Source: Eledone cirrhosa (lineage: Eukaryota). Taken from it: a stretch of DNA of 64,000 nt. The translations under genes were made by a program, and so were the position numbers. This document shows, one piece after another, positions 61,201 to 64,000 of this stretch; within the stretch, counting starts at the first letter, position 1, and each line of letters opens with the position of its first letter. A model generated the notes under the pieces. That model ran no database searches, was not told the origin of the DNA, and saw only the letters and a program-made list of their open reading frames with translations. Where the stretch lies: contig OZ024743.1 in NCBI GenBank assembly GCA_964016885.1, forward strand, positions 232,624,001-232,688,000, in the 5' to 3' direction.

Positions 61201-64000
61201 GTCTGTATGTATATATATGTGTGTGTCAGTGTCTGTATGTGTATATGTGTGTGTCAGTGTCTGTATGTGTATATATGTGTGTCAGTGTCTGTATGTGTAT
61301 CAATGTGTGTCAGTGTCTGTATGTGTATCTGTGTGTGTCTGTGTCTGTATGTGTATCTATGTGTGTCAGTGTCAGTATGTGTATCTGTGTGTGTGTGTCA
61401 GTGTCTGTATGTGTATCTGTGTGTTTCAGTGTCTGTATGTGTATCTGTGTGTGTCAGTGTCTGTATGTGTATCTGTGTGTGTGTGTGTCTGTATGTGTAT
61501 CTATGTGTGTCAGTGTCTGTATGTGTATATGTGTGTGTCAGTGTCTGTATGTGTATCTGTGTGTGTCTGTGTCTGTATGTGTATCTATGTGTGTCAGTGT
61601 CTGTATGTGTATCTGTGTGTGTTTGTGTCTGTATGTGTATCTATATGTGTCAGTGTCTGTATGTGTATCTGTGTGTGTCAGTGTCTGTATGTGTATCTAT
61701 GTGTGTCAGTGTCTGAATGTGTATCTGTGTGTGTCAGTGTCAGTATGTGTATCTGTGTGTGTCAGTGTCTGTATGTGTATCTATGTGTGTCAGTGTCTGT
61801 ATGTGTATCTGTGTGTGTCAGTGTCAGTATGTGTATCTGTGTGTGTCAGTGTCTGTATGTGTATCTGTGTGTGTCAGTGTCTGTATGTGTATCTGTGTGT
61901 GTCAGTGTCTGTATCTGTATCTGTGTGTGTGTCAGTGTCAGTATGTGTATCTATGTGTGTTAATGTCAGTATGTGTATCTGTTTGTGTGTCAGTGTCAGT
62001 ATGTGTATCTATGTGTGTGTCAGTGTCTGTATGTGTATCTATGTGTGTCAGTGTCTGTATGTGTATCTGTGTGTGTCAGTGTCTGTATGTGTATCTGTGT
62101 CAGTGTCAGTATGTGTATCTCTGTGTGTCAGTGTCAGTATGTGTATCTGTGTGTGTCAGTGTCTGCATGTGTATCTCTGTGTGTCAGTGTCTGCATGTGT
62201 ATCTATGTGTGTCAGTGTCTGTATGTTTATCTATGTGTGTGTCAGTGTATGTATGTGTATCTATGAGTCAGTGTCTGTATGTGTATCTATGTGTCAGTGT
62301 CAGAATGTGTATCTGTGTGTGTCAGTGTCTGTATGTGTATCTATGTGTCAGTGTCAGTATGTGTATCCGTGTGTGTCAGTGTCTGTATGTGTATCTATGT
62401 GTGTCAGTGTCTGTATGTGTATCTATGTTTGTCAATGTCTGTATGTGTATTTGTGTGTGTCAGTGTCTGTATGTGTATATGTGTGTGTCAGTGTCTGTAT
62501 GTGTATCTATGTGTGTCAGTATCTGTACGTGTATCTGTGTGTATCACTCTCAGTGTGTGTATCTGTGTGTCTGAGTGTCTGTATGTGTATCTATGTGTGT
62601 GTCAGTGTCAGTATGTGTATCTAGGTGTGTCAGTGTCAGTATGTGTATCTGTGTGTGTCAGTGTCTGTATGTGTATCTATGTGTGTCAGTGTCAGTATGT
62701 GTGTCTGTGTGTGTCAGTGTATGTATGTGTATATGTGTGTGTCAGTGTCTGTATGTGTATCTATGTGTGTCAGTGTCTGTATGTGTATCTGTGTGTGTCA
62801 GTGTCAGTATGTGTATGTGTATCTATATGTGTCAGTGTCTGTATGTGTATCTATGTGTGTCAGTGTCAGTATGTGTATCTATGTGTGTGTCAGTGTCTGT
62901 ATCTGTGTGTGTCAGTGTCTGTATGTGTATCGGTGTGTCAGTGTCTGTATGTGTATCTATGTGTGTCAGTGTCTGTATGTGTATCTGTGTGTGTCAGTGT
63001 CTGTATGTGTATCTGTGTGTCAGTGTCAGTATGTGTATCTATGTGTGTCAGTGTATGTATTTGTATCTATGTGTGTCAGTGTCTGTATGTGTATCTGTGT
63101 GTGTCAGTGTCTGTATGTGTATCTATGTGTGTCAGTGTCAGTCTGTGTATCTGTGTGTGTCAGTGTCAGTATATGTATGTGTATCTGTATGTGTCAGTGT
63201 CTGTATGTGTATCTATGTGTGTCAGTGTCAGTATGTGTATCTATGTGTGTCAGTGTCAGTATGTGTATATATGTGTCAGTATATGTATGTGTATCTGTGT
63301 GTGTCAGTGTCTGTATGTGTATCTGTGTGTCAGTGTCTGTATGTGTATCTATGTGTGTCAGTGTCTGTATGTTATCTATGTGTGTCAGTGTCTGTATGTG
63401 TATCTATGTGTGTCAGTGTCAGTATGTGTATCTATGTGTGTGTTAGTGTCTGTATGTGTATCTGTGTGTGTCAGTGTCTGTATGTGTATTTGTGTGTCAG
63501 TGTTTGTATGTGTATCTATGTGTGTCAGTGTCTGTATGTTATCTATGTGTGTCAGTGTCTGTATGTGTATCTATGTGTGTCAGTGTCAGTATGTGTATCT
63601 ATGTGTGTGTCAGTGTCTGTATGTGTATCTGTGTGTGTCAGTGTCTGTATGTGTATCTGTGTGTCAGTGTCTGTATGTGTATCTATGTGTGTCAGTGTCA
63701 GTATGTGTATCTATCTGTGTCAGTGTCTGTATGTGTATCTGTGTGTGTCAGTGTCTGTATGTGTATCTAAGAGTGTCAGTGTCTGTATGTGTATCTGTGT
63801 GTGTCAGTGTCTGTATGTGTATCTATGTGTGTCAGTGTCAGTATGTATATCTAAGTGTGTCAGTGTCTGTATGTGTATCTATGTGTGTCAGTGTCTGTAT
63901 GTGTATCTGTGTGTGTGTCAGTGTCTGTATGTGTATCTGTGTGTCAGTGTCTGTATGTGTATATATGTGTGTCAGTGTCAGTATGTGTATCTATGTGTCA
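43270..64000. repeat. >20.7-kb satellite, unit about 28 bp GTGTCAGTGTC(A/T)GTATGTGTATCT(G/A)TGT (26/28/30-bp variants), with higher-order duplications
   Basis: Direct inspection. The array runs off the window end. Rare-variant landmarks recur at multi-kb spacings. Confidence 0.97.

Noticed and set aside
43251-63770. Very long C/V/S/Y/M-rich ORFs (up to 1983 aa)
   Set aside because: These are open in all three frames because the satellite unit lacks stop codons. They are not proteins.
43270-64000. CRISPR-like array or encoded binary message in the 28-bp repeats
   Set aside because: There are no unique spacers and no cas genes in this eukaryotic context. The variation is explained by point mutation, GT slippage and block duplication.

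Overview
Gene-poor, AT-rich eukaryotic DNA. The SINE set and the dense (TA)n/(CA)n/(GA)n/(TAGG)n/(ATC)n/(GGT)n microsatellites suggest an octopus-like cephalopod (inference). No intact host gene can be supported, and almost all long ORFs in the track are translations of microsatellite or satellite sequence. Positions 1-43 kb hold about 20 tRNA-derived SINE copies, 5'-truncated LINE remnants (CR1/L2-group, RTE, CRE-like), small DNA-transposon remnants and a large population of inserts in (TA)n tracts. These inserts include: (i) a 2.46-kb fold-back Penelope-like element (PLE; RT thumb + GIY-YIG) with a hammerhead ribozyme (HHR) in each inverted arm; (ii) about 12 further fold-back palindromes of 60-850 bp; (iii) non-coding units bounded by a short terminal redundancy, namely two HHR-bearing monomers (339 and 427 bp) and a 9 x 511-bp array with an exact ABC-ABC-ABC trimer higher-order structure, as expected from rolling copying of a circular template (retrozyme-like). 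Positions 43.3-64 kb are one 26/28/30-bp satellite with multi-kb higher-order duplications (landmark spacings 2840, 5110 and 4138 bp). All base pairings were read by eye; no folding or database search was run.
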